A DNA stretch of 64,000 nt from an uncultured Gaiellales bacterium. GTDB lineage: Bacteria; Actinomycetota; Thermoleophilia; Gaiellales; Gaiellaceae. The translations under genes and the position numbers were made by a program. Location: positions 4,581 through 68,580 of the forward strand of contig CAYXXE010000001.1 in NCBI GenBank assembly GCA_964468985.1, written 5' to 3'. How positions within the stretch are numbered: the stretch's first letter is position 1; the number at the start of each line of letters is the position of its first letter. Below are positions 1-8,163 of the stretch, in pieces. Below the pieces are notes generated by a model that saw nothing but the letters and a program-made list of their open reading frames with translations, made no database searches and had not been told where the DNA came from.

Positions 1-1
1 C

Positions 2-709
2 GACGTCCACGTAATCGTGCTGTCTGGCGCCGGACCGCACTTTTCCGCTGGGCACGACATCGGGAGCCCGGAGGTTGATAGGGACCAGTCGTTTCCGCGC
101 ATCGGGCTGTGGTGGGATCACGTTGGCGCGTCGGGCGCGGAGGGCCGAATCGCGCGCGAGCACGAGGTGTACCTGGATCTCTGCCTTCGGTGGCGCGAGC
201 TTCCGAAGCCGACAATTGCGATGGTGCAGGGAGCCTGCATCGCAGGCGGTCTGGCGCTCGCCTGGGCGTGTGATCTGATCGTTTGCGCCGATGATGCGTT
301 CTTCGCCGATCCCGTGCTTCGGATGGGCGCTCCAGGCATCGAGTACTTCGCCCATCCTTGGGAGCTGGGGCCTCGTTTTGCCAAGGAGTTCCTGTTCGGC
401 GGAGCGCGGGTCGACGCTGGACGTGCACGGGAGCTGGGCATGGTCAACCGAGTGGTTCCGCTTGCGACCCTCGAGCAGGAAACCATGGCTTTGGCGCACA
501 AGATCGCCGCCATGCCGCGTATGGCGCTCGCGCTTGCGAAGCAAGCCGTGAACCGCGCCCAGGATGCGATGGGCTTTCGGCAGGGCATCGAGACGGCTTT
601 CGCGCTGCATCAGCTCGCCCACGCTCACGCGCAGGAGATCTCGGGCCACCATCTCCTCGGGGCAACCGCGACCTCCATGGCCGCGGTGACGGAGCAGGCG
701 AGCGAGTGA
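2..709 (+). CDS. enoyl-CoA hydratase/isomerase (crotonase) family protein, N-terminus cut by window edge
   Basis: Frame is open from base 2. DVHVIVLSGAGPHFSAGHDIG and MVQGACIAGGLALAWACDLIV are crotonase-fold signature segments. TGA at 707-709. Confidence 0.85.
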   Translation, partial: DVHVIVLSGAGPHFSAGHDIGSPEVDRDQSFPRIGLWWDHVGASGAEGRIAREHEVYLDLCLRWRELPKPTIAMVQGACIAGGLALAWACDLIVCADDAFFADPVLRMGAPGIEYFAHPWELGPRFAKEFLFGGARVDAGRARELGMVNRVVPLATLEQETMALAHKIAAMPRMALALAKQAVNRAQDAMGFRQGIETAFALHQLAHAHAQEISGHHLLGATATSMAAVTEQASE

Positions 710-718
710 CGGTTTTTA

Positions 719-734
719 CCAAACGGTTGCTTGA
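719..734. promoter_or_regulatory. operator-like palindrome CAAAC-N4-GTTTG, copy A
   Basis: CCAAAC GGTT GCTTGA lies in the 75-nt gap between the crotonase stop and the amidohydrolase start. One mismatch in the right half-site. Confidence 0.45.
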
Positions 735-784
735 TTATTTAACTTGGCCCTTGTACGCTCGGCCGAGCGGATAGGAGGATTGAG

Positions 785-1855
785 ATGTTGGATGGAATGA
801 TCCTTGCCGACGGTGTCGTGCACGGGTACAACTGGACGCCTGAGAACTGGGCCGTCCCTGAAGCTGCGCTCGGCGCGGCGGCCGGCGCAGGGTTCCACGG
901 GTTTCTGACCCCGGACGACGCATCGCGGCTGCGCCCTGACGACTTCCTGCGCGACTGGACGGCGGACGATCTCGAGGAGATCCTGTTCGCCGAGTCGGCG
1001 CTCGATCTCGTCGCTTACCACGGAACGCCGATCTGGGACTTCTTCAAGGACGGGCATTCCGATACCGAGAAGGGGTTCGAGCTCAAGAAGCGCAATCCCA
1101 ATCGTGTCCTGGTCTATGGAGCGGCCAATCCGTTCGAGGGCGACAAGGCTCTGCGCGACCTCGAGGAACTCGCTGATCGCGGAGTCGATGCGATCAAGGT
1201 CTACGCGGCCCGCTACCACGAAGGGCGCACCTACGAGCAGCGCCTCGACGACCCGGAGTTCGGATACCCCTTCATCCAGAAGGCACTCGACCTCGGTATC
1301 AAGGTGATCGCCACTCACAAGGCGATGCCGTTCGGGCCGGTACGGTCGGCGCCCTACGGCGTCCAAGACCTCCCCGAGGCATGCTCCATCTTCCCGAACA
1401 TGACGTTCGAGGTCGTGCACACGGGCTTCGCTTTCGTCGAGGACACCGCATTCCTTGCGGGGCTTCCGAACTGCTGGTTCAACCTCGAGGCGTCTGCCTC
1501 GCTGATCTATCCCGCACCGCGCCGCTTTGCGGAGTTCCTCGGCCTCTTTCTACAGTCAGGCGCCGGCGACCGGATTATCTTCGCGTCGGGATGCGCGCTC
1601 GTCCATCCCCGCCCGCTGATCGAGAAGCTGCTCGAGTTCGAGATGCCGCGCGATCTCGTTGAGGGTTTCGGCTACCCGGAGCTCACACCCGAACTGAAGC
1701 GAGGGATCCTGGGCGAGAACTACCTGCGGATGCACGGCCTCGACGCCGACGCTTTTCGGGCATCGATCGCCGACGACGAATGGTCGCGTCTCCAGGAGGC
1801 CGGCCTCGATGAGCCGTGGTCGCACTACCGGGGGCGGGCTCATGCCAATGCCTGA
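785..1855 (+). CDS. amidohydrolase-2 family (TIM-barrel metal-dependent hydrolase/decarboxylase-like) protein
   Basis: 356-aa ORF with GGAGG 6 nt upstream of the ATG. IKVIATHKAMPFG, EVVHTGFAF and DRIIFASGCALVHP resemble amidohydrolase_2 motifs. Confidence 0.75.
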   Translation: MLDGMILADGVVHGYNWTPENWAVPEAALGAAAGAGFHGFLTPDDASRLRPDDFLRDWTADDLEEILFAESALDLVAYHGTPIWDFFKDGHSDTEKGFELKKRNPNRVLVYGAANPFEGDKALRDLEELADRGVDAIKVYAARYHEGRTYEQRLDDPEFGYPFIQKALDLGIKVIATHKAMPFGPVRSAPYGVQDLPEACSIFPNMTFEVVHTGFAFVEDTAFLAGLPNCWFNLEASASLIYPAPRRFAEFLGLFLQSGAGDRIIFASGCALVHPRPLIEKLLEFEMPRDLVEGFGYPELTPELKRGILGENYLRMHGLDADAFRASIADDEWSRLQEAGLDEPWSHYRGRAHANA

Positions 1856-2240
1856 AGCGGAAGCGGCAGGACTGGCCGACCACGTCTGGAGCGCGCTCGA
1901 TCATGTTCTCGATCCATGCAGCCGTTTCAACGGGACGCGATTGAGCCTCGTCGCGCTCGGCATGGTGGACGAGATCACGGTCTCGGAGGATGGAGCAGCG
2001 CAGATCAGCCTGCTCCTCGATGACCCGACGTGCCTCTACCTCGTCGAGATCCACCGTGAAGTGATCGCAGCTGCGAACTCGGTTCCGGGGATCACCGCTG
2101 CGACGGTCTCCTTGCGCTCCGACATCCTTTGGGGAAGAGAGCGAATGACGGATGTTGCGCAGCGACAGCTCGAACACCGTCGCCCTGCTCGGGTTATTCC
2201 TGTGAGCTCCGTCCACCGCACGAATGGCGCCGCGGCATGA
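1842..2240 (+). CDS. DUF59/PaaD-like (MIP18 family) small protein
   Basis: HVWSALDHVLDPCSRFNGTRLSLVALGMVDEITV...LLLDDPTCLYLVEI fits the DUF59 pattern (DP...LG.V, T..C). I prefer the ATG at 1842, which overlaps the upstream stop by 14 nt. The ATG at 1809 is an alternative. Confidence 0.65.
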   Translation: MPMPEAEAAGLADHVWSALDHVLDPCSRFNGTRLSLVALGMVDEITVSEDGAAQISLLLDDPTCLYLVEIHREVIAAANSVPGITAATVSLRSDILWGRERMTDVAQRQLEHRRPARVIPVSSVHRTNGAAA

Positions 2241-2677
2241 GCGGGTCTGGGTCGCTGACAATGAACCGGCTATCCGTTTCGGCTTCAGCGGCCGAAGCGC
2301 TCGTTTCGGCCGCACAGGGACGCGCCCAGGAAATCGGAAATGCGGTCGTCATTGTCGTCTGCGACGTCGATGGCCTGCCAAAGGCGCTCTTGCGCATGGA
2401 TGGCGCTTCATCGATGTCGCTGCGGCTGGCCCACGACAAAGCGGCCACTGCTGCGTCGTTCGGTGTGAGCACGGAGCAGTGGTTCGACCTCATCAAAGAC
2501 GATGGTGCGTTGCTGAACGGTGTGCCGTCGTCCCCGGGCTTTTCGATCATCGGTGGTGGATATCCGCTTCGAAGCGGCGGCCAGCTCGTCGGTGCGATCG
2601 GAGTCAGCGGCGGAGCTCCGGCTGAGGATGTCGATTGCGCCCGGACCGCCGCTGCCGCGCTCGGCTTCGAGGCCTGA
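2237..2677 (+). CDS. GlcG/HbpS-like (DUF336) putative cofactor-binding protein
   Basis: ATGA overlap with the DUF59 stop. VVIVVCDVDGLPKALLRMDGA, AHDKAATAASFG and GGGYPLRSGGQLVGAIGVSGGAPAEDVDCA are classic DUF336 motifs. Confidence 0.8.
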   Translation: MSGSGSLTMNRLSVSASAAEALVSAAQGRAQEIGNAVVIVVCDVDGLPKALLRMDGASSMSLRLAHDKAATAASFGVSTEQWFDLIKDDGALLNGVPSSPGFSIIGGGYPLRSGGQLVGAIGVSGGAPAEDVDCARTAAAALGFEA

Positions 2678-2684
2678 CGCCAGC

Positions 2685-3839
2685 TTGTTCGACTTCAGCC
2701 TGACCGCGGAGCAAATCCAGCTCCGAGAGACTGTGCGCGCCATGATGGCTCGCCACGCGCCGCCTGCTGTTCTCAGGCAACTCGACGAGGCGCACGACTA
2801 TCCGTACGAGCTCTACGCTCAATGGGCCGAACTCGGGCTCTTGACCCTGCCGTTTCCGTCTGAGGTTGGTGGCTCCGACGGCGGGGTTGTCGATCTGGTG
2901 CTGCTCGGAGAGGAACTCGGTCGATCGGGCTACGACCTGACGGGAATCTATGGGACGCCGCTCTTCACAGGCCTGAATGTTCTCCATCACGGGACGGCCG
3001 AGCAGCGCGAGCAGTACCTTCCGCCGCTGCTCGAAGGCAAGATCAGGCTGAGCGTCGCGATGACCGAGGCCGGCGCGGGCTCAGACGTCGGTGCCATGCG
3101 GATGCGGGCCGAGCCGTTCGGCGACGGGTTTGTTCTCAACGGCGAAAAGGTGTTCGCGAGCGGCGCCGGAGTCGAAGACACGTTCATCTGTGTCTACGCA
3201 CGTACGCGCCGAGACGGCCCGCACCAGAGCGCGATCAGCGCGTTTCTGGTCGACAACCGTTCACCAGGCCTGACGATCGTGAACATACCGACCCTCGGTC
3301 GGCACCTTTTCCCGACGACCCAACTCGTCTTCGACAACGTCGAGGTTCCCGCCGACGCCTTGCTCGGACCGCTTCATGGTGGCTGGGACGTCCTGCTAGC
3401 TGGCCTACGCCTCGAACGGCTGGTGACGTCGGCTGCGTATGTTGGCAACGCGCAGGCGGTCGTGGACGAGGCGCTCGAATACGCGAAGCAGCGCGAACAA
3501 TTCGGCCGCCGCATCGGCGACTTCCAGGCGATCGCGCACCTACTCGCAGACATGGCCACCGATGTTGAGGCCGCGCGCTGGCTGACGTACCGCGCTGCCT
3601 GGCTCCTCGACACGGGTCAGGATGCCCTCCTCGAGATCTGCATGGCCAAGCTCTTCGGCTCGGAGCGCTTCGTCCAGATCGCCCGAAACGGTCTCCAGAT
3701 CCTCGGAGGATACGGCTATTCGATGGAGTTCCCGATGCAGCGGCACATGCGCGCGGCGCTCGGCTCCACGATCACCGCGGGCACTTCACAGATGCAACGG
3801 GACATCATTGCGCGCCAGCTCGGCTTGCGGCCTCGCTGA
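2685..3839 (+). CDS. acyl-CoA dehydrogenase
   Basis: The in-frame TTG at 2685 gives (M)FDFSLTAEQIQLRETVR, a typical ACAD N-terminus, and 384 aa. MTEAGAGSDVGAM and the C-terminal QILGGYGYSMEFPMQRHMRAA are ACAD motifs. The tracked ORF start at 2520 would overlap the GlcG-like gene. Confidence 0.9.
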   Translation: MFDFSLTAEQIQLRETVRAMMARHAPPAVLRQLDEAHDYPYELYAQWAELGLLTLPFPSEVGGSDGGVVDLVLLGEELGRSGYDLTGIYGTPLFTGLNVLHHGTAEQREQYLPPLLEGKIRLSVAMTEAGAGSDVGAMRMRAEPFGDGFVLNGEKVFASGAGVEDTFICVYARTRRDGPHQSAISAFLVDNRSPGLTIVNIPTLGRHLFPTTQLVFDNVEVPADALLGPLHGGWDVLLAGLRLERLVTSAAYVGNAQAVVDEALEYAKQREQFGRRIGDFQAIAHLLADMATDVEAARWLTYRAAWLLDTGQDALLEICMAKLFGSERFVQIARNGLQILGGYGYSMEFPMQRHMRAALGSTITAGTSQMQRDIIARQLGLRPR

Positions 3840-3850
3840 CGCCGGATCGA

Positions 3851-4498
3851 CTACGTTCTCGCGCTCCTCAGCCCATTGAGCGCGAGGTCGGCAGCCAGTT
3901 TGCCGAGCTTGCGAGGCGAGACTCGTCCCTCGGGGCGATACCACGTATACGCCCAGTTCATCGACCCAAGAATCAGATAGGCGGCGATCTTGGCGTCGAC
4001 CTCCTCCGCCACTTCGCCCGCTCTTTGGGCTTGCGTGATGAGCTCCGTGATGTACCGCTCGAACTGCTTGCGCTGCTCGATCAAGCGCGGTTTTCGCTCC
4101 TCACCGACCAGCTCGAAGTCGCTGTAGTAGATCGCGATCTTGGTCGTGTGCTCGGCGATGAAGTTGACGTGCGCTTCGATGTACTCCGCGAGTTTTTCGA
4201 GCGGCCCGAGCCCCTCGAGCGCCTCGACCCGATCGATCTGCGCGCGGGCGAGGTCGTAGGTCTCGCTCAGCACGGCGAAAAGGAGGTCCTCCTTGGAATC
4301 GATGTAGTAGTAGAGACTGCCCTTCAGCAGCCCGACCTCGTCGGCGATCTCCTGGATCGAGGCCGCGGAGTAGCCTCGGCGGCGAAAGACTTCCGTCGCT
4401 GCCTCGACGATCTCCTGCCGGCGGGCTCCGAACTTCTGTCCCTTACGCCTGCCCGCGGGCGCCCGCGCGACGACGCCATCGTCTTCGGCCGCCGTCAT
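3851..4498 (-). CDS. TetR family transcriptional regulator
   Basis: RRQEIVEAATEVFRRRGYSAASIQEIADEVGLLKGSLYYYIDSKEDLL is the TetR N-terminal HTH. It is divergent from the SDR gene and operator copy B lies in the shared promoter. Confidence 0.9.
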   Translation of the reverse strand: MTAAEDDGVVARAPAGRRKGQKFGARRQEIVEAATEVFRRRGYSAASIQEIADEVGLLKGSLYYYIDSKEDLLFAVLSETYDLARAQIDRVEALEGLGPLEKLAEYIEAHVNFIAEHTTKIAIYYSDFELVGEERKPRLIEQRKQFERYITELITQAQRAGEVAEEVDAKIAAYLILGSMNWAYTWYRPEGRVSPRKLGKLAADLALNGLRSART

Positions 4499-4560
4499 AG
4501 CCGAGAGCGAAGAGATCGGAATTGGTTACGAGGCGCCTTCAGGTGGCGGATAGTACACTC

Positions 4561-4576
4561 TCAATCGAACGTTTGA
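4561..4576. promoter_or_regulatory. operator-like palindrome CAAAC-N4-GTTTG, copy B (TetR/SDR divergent promoter)
   Basis: TCAATC GAAC GTTTGA, one mismatch in the left half-site. It overlaps a second near-palindrome, TGATAGATATCA, at 4574-4585. Confidence 0.55.
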
Positions 4577-4600
4577 TAGATATCAACCGGAGACAATTCC

Positions 4601-5401
4601 TTGGACGATTCTACGCTGAGCAGGGGACGGAATGCCATTTCTGGTCCGGCGGACATCTTCCGAGTCGACGGGAAGGTGGCGATCATCACCGGAGCGAGCG
4701 CCGGGCTTGGCGCCCGGTTCGCCGAGGTTCTGAACGTCGCGGGGGCGTCCACGGTTCTAGTCGCCCGTCGCTACGACCGGATCAGTGCGCTCGCCGATCG
4801 ACTCGGTCGCTCGGTCGCCTTCGAGGCAGACCTGTCCGATCCCGGCGTCGCCGCAGGCATCGTCGACGCGGCGGTCTCCGCCTTCGGTCGCGTCGACATC
4901 GTTGTCAACAACGCCGGGATTACGAACATCGCGCCGGCGGTCGACGAGACTATCCAAGACTTCCAACGCCTTGTGACGGTCAACCTCGTCTCCGCCTTTG
5001 CTCTTTCGCAGAGCGCCGCTCGTGTCATGGTCGCCTCGGGCGGCGGGAGCATAGTCAACGTCGCATCGATCGTTGGCCTCTTCGGCATCGGGCAGATGCC
5101 TCAGGCCGCGTATGCGTCGTCAAAGGGTGGGCTCGTCAACCTCACCCGTGAGCTCGGCGCTCAGTGGGCGCGTCAGGGGATCCGTGTCAACGCGCTCGCG
5201 CCCGGGTTCTTCGAAAGCGAAATGACAGAAGGTCTCTTCGCCAGCGAACGCGGTCTGGACTGGGTTTCCAAGCGAACGCCGATGGGCCGTGCTGGTGCGG
5301 CCGGCGAACTCGACGGAGCCCTCCTCTTCCTCTGTAGTGAGGCTTCGAGTTATGTCACCGGCCACATCCTCGCCGTCGATGGCGGCTGGACGGCAATCTG
5401 A
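4601..5401 (+). CDS. short-chain dehydrogenase/reductase (SDR)
   Basis: TTG start with GGAGA 7 nt upstream. Motifs: GKVAIITGASAGLG (TGxxxGxG), NNAG, and YASSKGG (YxxxK). Confidence 0.9.
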   Translation: MDDSTLSRGRNAISGPADIFRVDGKVAIITGASAGLGARFAEVLNVAGASTVLVARRYDRISALADRLGRSVAFEADLSDPGVAAGIVDAAVSAFGRVDIVVNNAGITNIAPAVDETIQDFQRLVTVNLVSAFALSQSAARVMVASGGGSIVNVASIVGLFGIGQMPQAAYASSKGGLVNLTRELGAQWARQGIRVNALAPGFFESEMTEGLFASERGLDWVSKRTPMGRAGAAGELDGALLFLCSEASSYVTGHILAVDGGWTAI

Positions 5402-5416
5402 GGGGACGGTTCGACG

Positions 5417-6922
5417 CTACGTCGCGAGGTTGATGAAGACCGACTTCGTCTCCGTGTACTCGTCGAGTGCGTCGATTCCGAGCTCTCGCCCGACGCCGCT
5501 CTGCTTGAAGCCGCCGAAGGGACGCCGGTACTCGAGGGCGCGATAGGTGTTCACCCAGACGGTGCCGGCGCAGATTCGCGGAATCAGACGGTGCGCGCGG
5601 CGGATGCTCTCCGTCCAGATCGCACCGCCGAGGCCAAAGGTCGTCTCGTTGGCGAGACGCACTGCGTCGTCTTCATCCTTGAACGGGATCACCGCCCCGA
5701 CCGGACCGAAGATCTCCTCGCGCGCGACGCGATCGCTGTTTCTCACGCCGGTGAGGATGGTCGGCTCCACGAAGAAGCCGTCGCGGAGGACCCCTGTCGT
5801 CGGTCGCCCACCGCCGACCAGCGGACTCGCTCCGTCTGCCTCGGCAATCCGGAGATAGTGGAGCACCTTCTCGAGTTGCGCACGTGACGCGACCGGAGGA
5901 ATCTCGGTGCTGGCGGCAAGCGGGTCGCCGAGCCTGAGCTCCGCCGTTCGCCTCGCGAGTTCCGCATAGAACTCGTCGCCGACGGTCTCTTCGACGAGTA
6001 TCCGCGAGCCTGCGATACAGCTTTGACCTGCGGCGCTGAAGATCCCGCTCATCACGCCGCCTACTGCGAGGTCGAGGTCGGCGTCGGCGAAGATGATGTT
6101 CGGCGACTTACCGCCGAGTTCGAGAGACACACGTGCGCTACGCCCTGCGGCGGCCTGTGCGATCGCCTGTCCAGTGGCCGTCGATCCGGTAAAGGCGATG
6201 TGGGCTACGAGTGGATGGTCGACGAGCGCTCGTCCGGTCGGATCACCGAAGCCTGTGACGACGTTGACGACACCCGGCGGGAAGCCCGCCTGGACGCAGA
6301 GTTCGCCGAGACGGAGGGTCGAGTTCGGCGTGACTTCTGATGGCTTGACGACGACCGTGTTTCCCGCCGCTAGAGCGGGCATCAATTTGTATGCGAGCAG
6401 AAGGAGGGGGCTGTTCCAGGGTGTGATGGCGGCCACCACACCGACGGGCTCACGCAGCGTGTAGCTCACCATCTGGTCGAGGTTGGACTGCGAGGTGTAG
6501 CCGTGGACAGTCTCCGCCAGGCCCGCCATGAAGTAAGTGAGCTCGGCGATGTAGGGAACGACGGCCCGCATCTCGCTCGACAACTTGCCGTTCTCGTGGA
6601 CCTGCAGAAGTGCCAGGTTCTCCGCGTCGTCCGCGATGAGCTCTGCGAGGCGCCGAAGGAGCGCCGCACGCTCCTTCGGTTTCGCCTGCGACCACCCGCC
6701 GTCGAACGCAGACCGTGCCGCCCGCACCGCGCGGTCGACATCGCCGGGCGAGGCGACGGGCACTTGACCCCAGGTCTCGCCGGTGAACGGATACTCGCAG
6801 GTGAACGATTCACCGGTCTCGCCCTCGACGAACTCCCCGTCGATGAGCAGCTTGTAGGCCCGCCGCGGCGAGAGCTCGCCGTGCCAGGGATCGGCCGCGC
6901 TCTCTGTCAACTGCGTCCCCAC
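5417..6922 (-). CDS. NAD(P)-dependent aldehyde dehydrogenase
   Basis: 501 aa. Motifs: ITPWNSPLLL, VSLELGGKSPNIIF, GQSCIAGSRILV (catalytic Cys) and EEIFGPV. GTG start at 6922. Confidence 0.92.
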   Translation of the reverse strand: MGTQLTESAADPWHGELSPRRAYKLLIDGEFVEGETGESFTCEYPFTGETWGQVPVASPGDVDRAVRAARSAFDGGWSQAKPKERAALLRRLAELIADDAENLALLQVHENGKLSSEMRAVVPYIAELTYFMAGLAETVHGYTSQSNLDQMVSYTLREPVGVVAAITPWNSPLLLLAYKLMPALAAGNTVVVKPSEVTPNSTLRLGELCVQAGFPPGVVNVVTGFGDPTGRALVDHPLVAHIAFTGSTATGQAIAQAAAGRSARVSLELGGKSPNIIFADADLDLAVGGVMSGIFSAAGQSCIAGSRILVEETVGDEFYAELARRTAELRLGDPLAASTEIPPVASRAQLEKVLHYLRIAEADGASPLVGGGRPTTGVLRDGFFVEPTILTGVRNSDRVAREEIFGPVGAVIPFKDEDDAVRLANETTFGLGGAIWTESIRRAHRLIPRICAGTVWVNTYRALEYRRPFGGFKQSGVGRELGIDALDEYTETKSVFINLAT

Positions 6923-7119
6923 GTTCGCTCATGCATGAAATTGCCCGACTCGTGGTAGCGGTTCACCGTCGGCATGTAACCGGTGAGGCCATTCTCGAGA
7001 ACCATCGTCTCCGTCTCGAGGAATGTCGTAGGCGCCCTCCGCGGCAGCTCGTGAAGTTTGCCCGGAGCGAGCGGGAGAGTCTCCTGGGCCACGTCGCGTC
7101 TGCTCTCCTCTCGGTTCAT
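6907..7119 (-). CDS. hypothetical small protein (70 aa), candidate unannotated ORF coupled to the aldehyde dehydrogenase
   Basis: ATG at 7119, and the stop overlaps the ALDH start by 16 nt. Third-codon positions are mostly G/C like real genes here. It would shrink an atypical 314-nt gap to 117 nt. No clear Shine-Dalgarno and no recognisable family. Confidence 0.3.
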   Translation of the reverse strand: MNREESRRDVAQETLPLAPGKLHELPRRAPTTFLETETMVLENGLTGYMPTVNRYHESGNFMHERTWGRS

Positions 7120-7166
7120 CGGATCTGACGATTGACCACAGACTCTAACGCATCGCAAACCATGCG

Positions 7167-7188
7167 ACAAACAATCGTTTGGTGGTTT
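7167..7188. promoter_or_regulatory. operator-like palindrome CAAAC-N4-GTTTG, copy C (perfect half-sites)
   Basis: ACAAAC AATC GTTTGG followed by TGGTTT. The whole 22-mer is identical to 35510-35531. It lies between the ALDH/small ORF (minus strand) and the SDR (plus strand). Confidence 0.6.
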
Positions 7189-7236
7189 CAGCGAACGTTG
7201 GTACGGTGACTTTCATCATCCGGCAAGGAGGTTCGT

Positions 7237-8028
7237 GTGAACGCGACTGGCGCTTCGACATCAACACGCCGCCTTGACGGCCGCGTCGCGATCGTCGTCG
7301 GGAGTGCGACCGGCATCGGCGCGGCGTCGGCCGCCCGACTCGCCCAAGAGGGCGCCTCGGTCGTCCTCGCCGACCTGAACCTGGAGGAGGCCGAGCGGAC
7401 GGCGGAGCGGATCGTCGCCGAGGGGGGCGACGCCGTCGCACTGCCGGCGGACGTTGGCGACGATGCCTCGATAGAGGCGATGATCGAAGCGACGATCGGT
7501 CGCTTTGGTCGGATCGATGCCGTTCATTCGAACGCCGCCGATACATCGAAGGCGACCTCCGATCGCGATCTGGATGTCGTCTCGATTGACTTAGACGTCT
7601 GGGATCACATCCTTCGCATCAACCTCCGCGGTCACGTGATCGTCCTGCGCCATGCCATTCCCCACATGGTGCGTCAGGGCGGCGGAGCGATCGTCTGCAC
7701 TTCGTCGGACGGCGCACTGCTCGGATTTCCCGTCTGGTCGGCGTACTGCGCCTCGAAGGCGGGTGTCAACGCCCTTGTCCATCACGTCGCAGCACGCTGG
7801 GGCAAGGAGGGGCTCCGCTGCAACGCTGTCTCACCTGGGGTGATCCTGAGCGATGCAGGGCAGGGGCTGTCGGAGGAATTCAGGGAAGCCGCGCTCGCGG
7901 GCAACAACAGCACACGACTCGGGAAGCCCTCGGACATCGCCGCTGCCGTCGCCTACCTCGTCTCCGACGACGGTGCCTGGGTAACCGGCCAGGTGATCTC
8001 TGTCAACGGAGGCGCGCTGCTCCGATGA
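7237..8028 (+). CDS. short-chain dehydrogenase/reductase (SDR)
   Basis: GTG start with AAGGAGG 5 nt upstream. Motifs: GRVAIVVGSATGIGAA, NAADT and YCASKAG. Confidence 0.9.
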   Translation: MNATGASTSTRRLDGRVAIVVGSATGIGAASAARLAQEGASVVLADLNLEEAERTAERIVAEGGDAVALPADVGDDASIEAMIEATIGRFGRIDAVHSNAADTSKATSDRDLDVVSIDLDVWDHILRINLRGHVIVLRHAIPHMVRQGGGAIVCTSSDGALLGFPVWSAYCASKAGVNALVHHVAARWGKEGLRCNAVSPGVILSDAGQGLSEEFREAALAGNNSTRLGKPSDIAAAVAYLVSDDGAWVTGQVISVNGGALLR

Positions 8029-8052
8029 TGCAAGATCGTCATCTTCCCGAAT

Positions 8053-8070
8053 ACCAAACTTCCGTTTGGT
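8053..8070. promoter_or_regulatory. operator-like palindrome, copy D (perfect 7+7), overlapping a -35 element
   Basis: ACCAAAC TTCC GTTTGGT. Its last T starts a perfect TTGACA (8070-8075), and TAGCCT (8094-8099) follows 18 nt later. It is upstream of the Liv-type importer operon. Confidence 0.65.
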
Positions 8071-8163
8071 TGACAAATGGGGATCGAACGGCATAGCCTT
8101 GGCGCCGGCTCTCGCACCGGCGGGCGCTCACGGTGGTATCCCCGAAGATTGGAGGCGTTCGAA

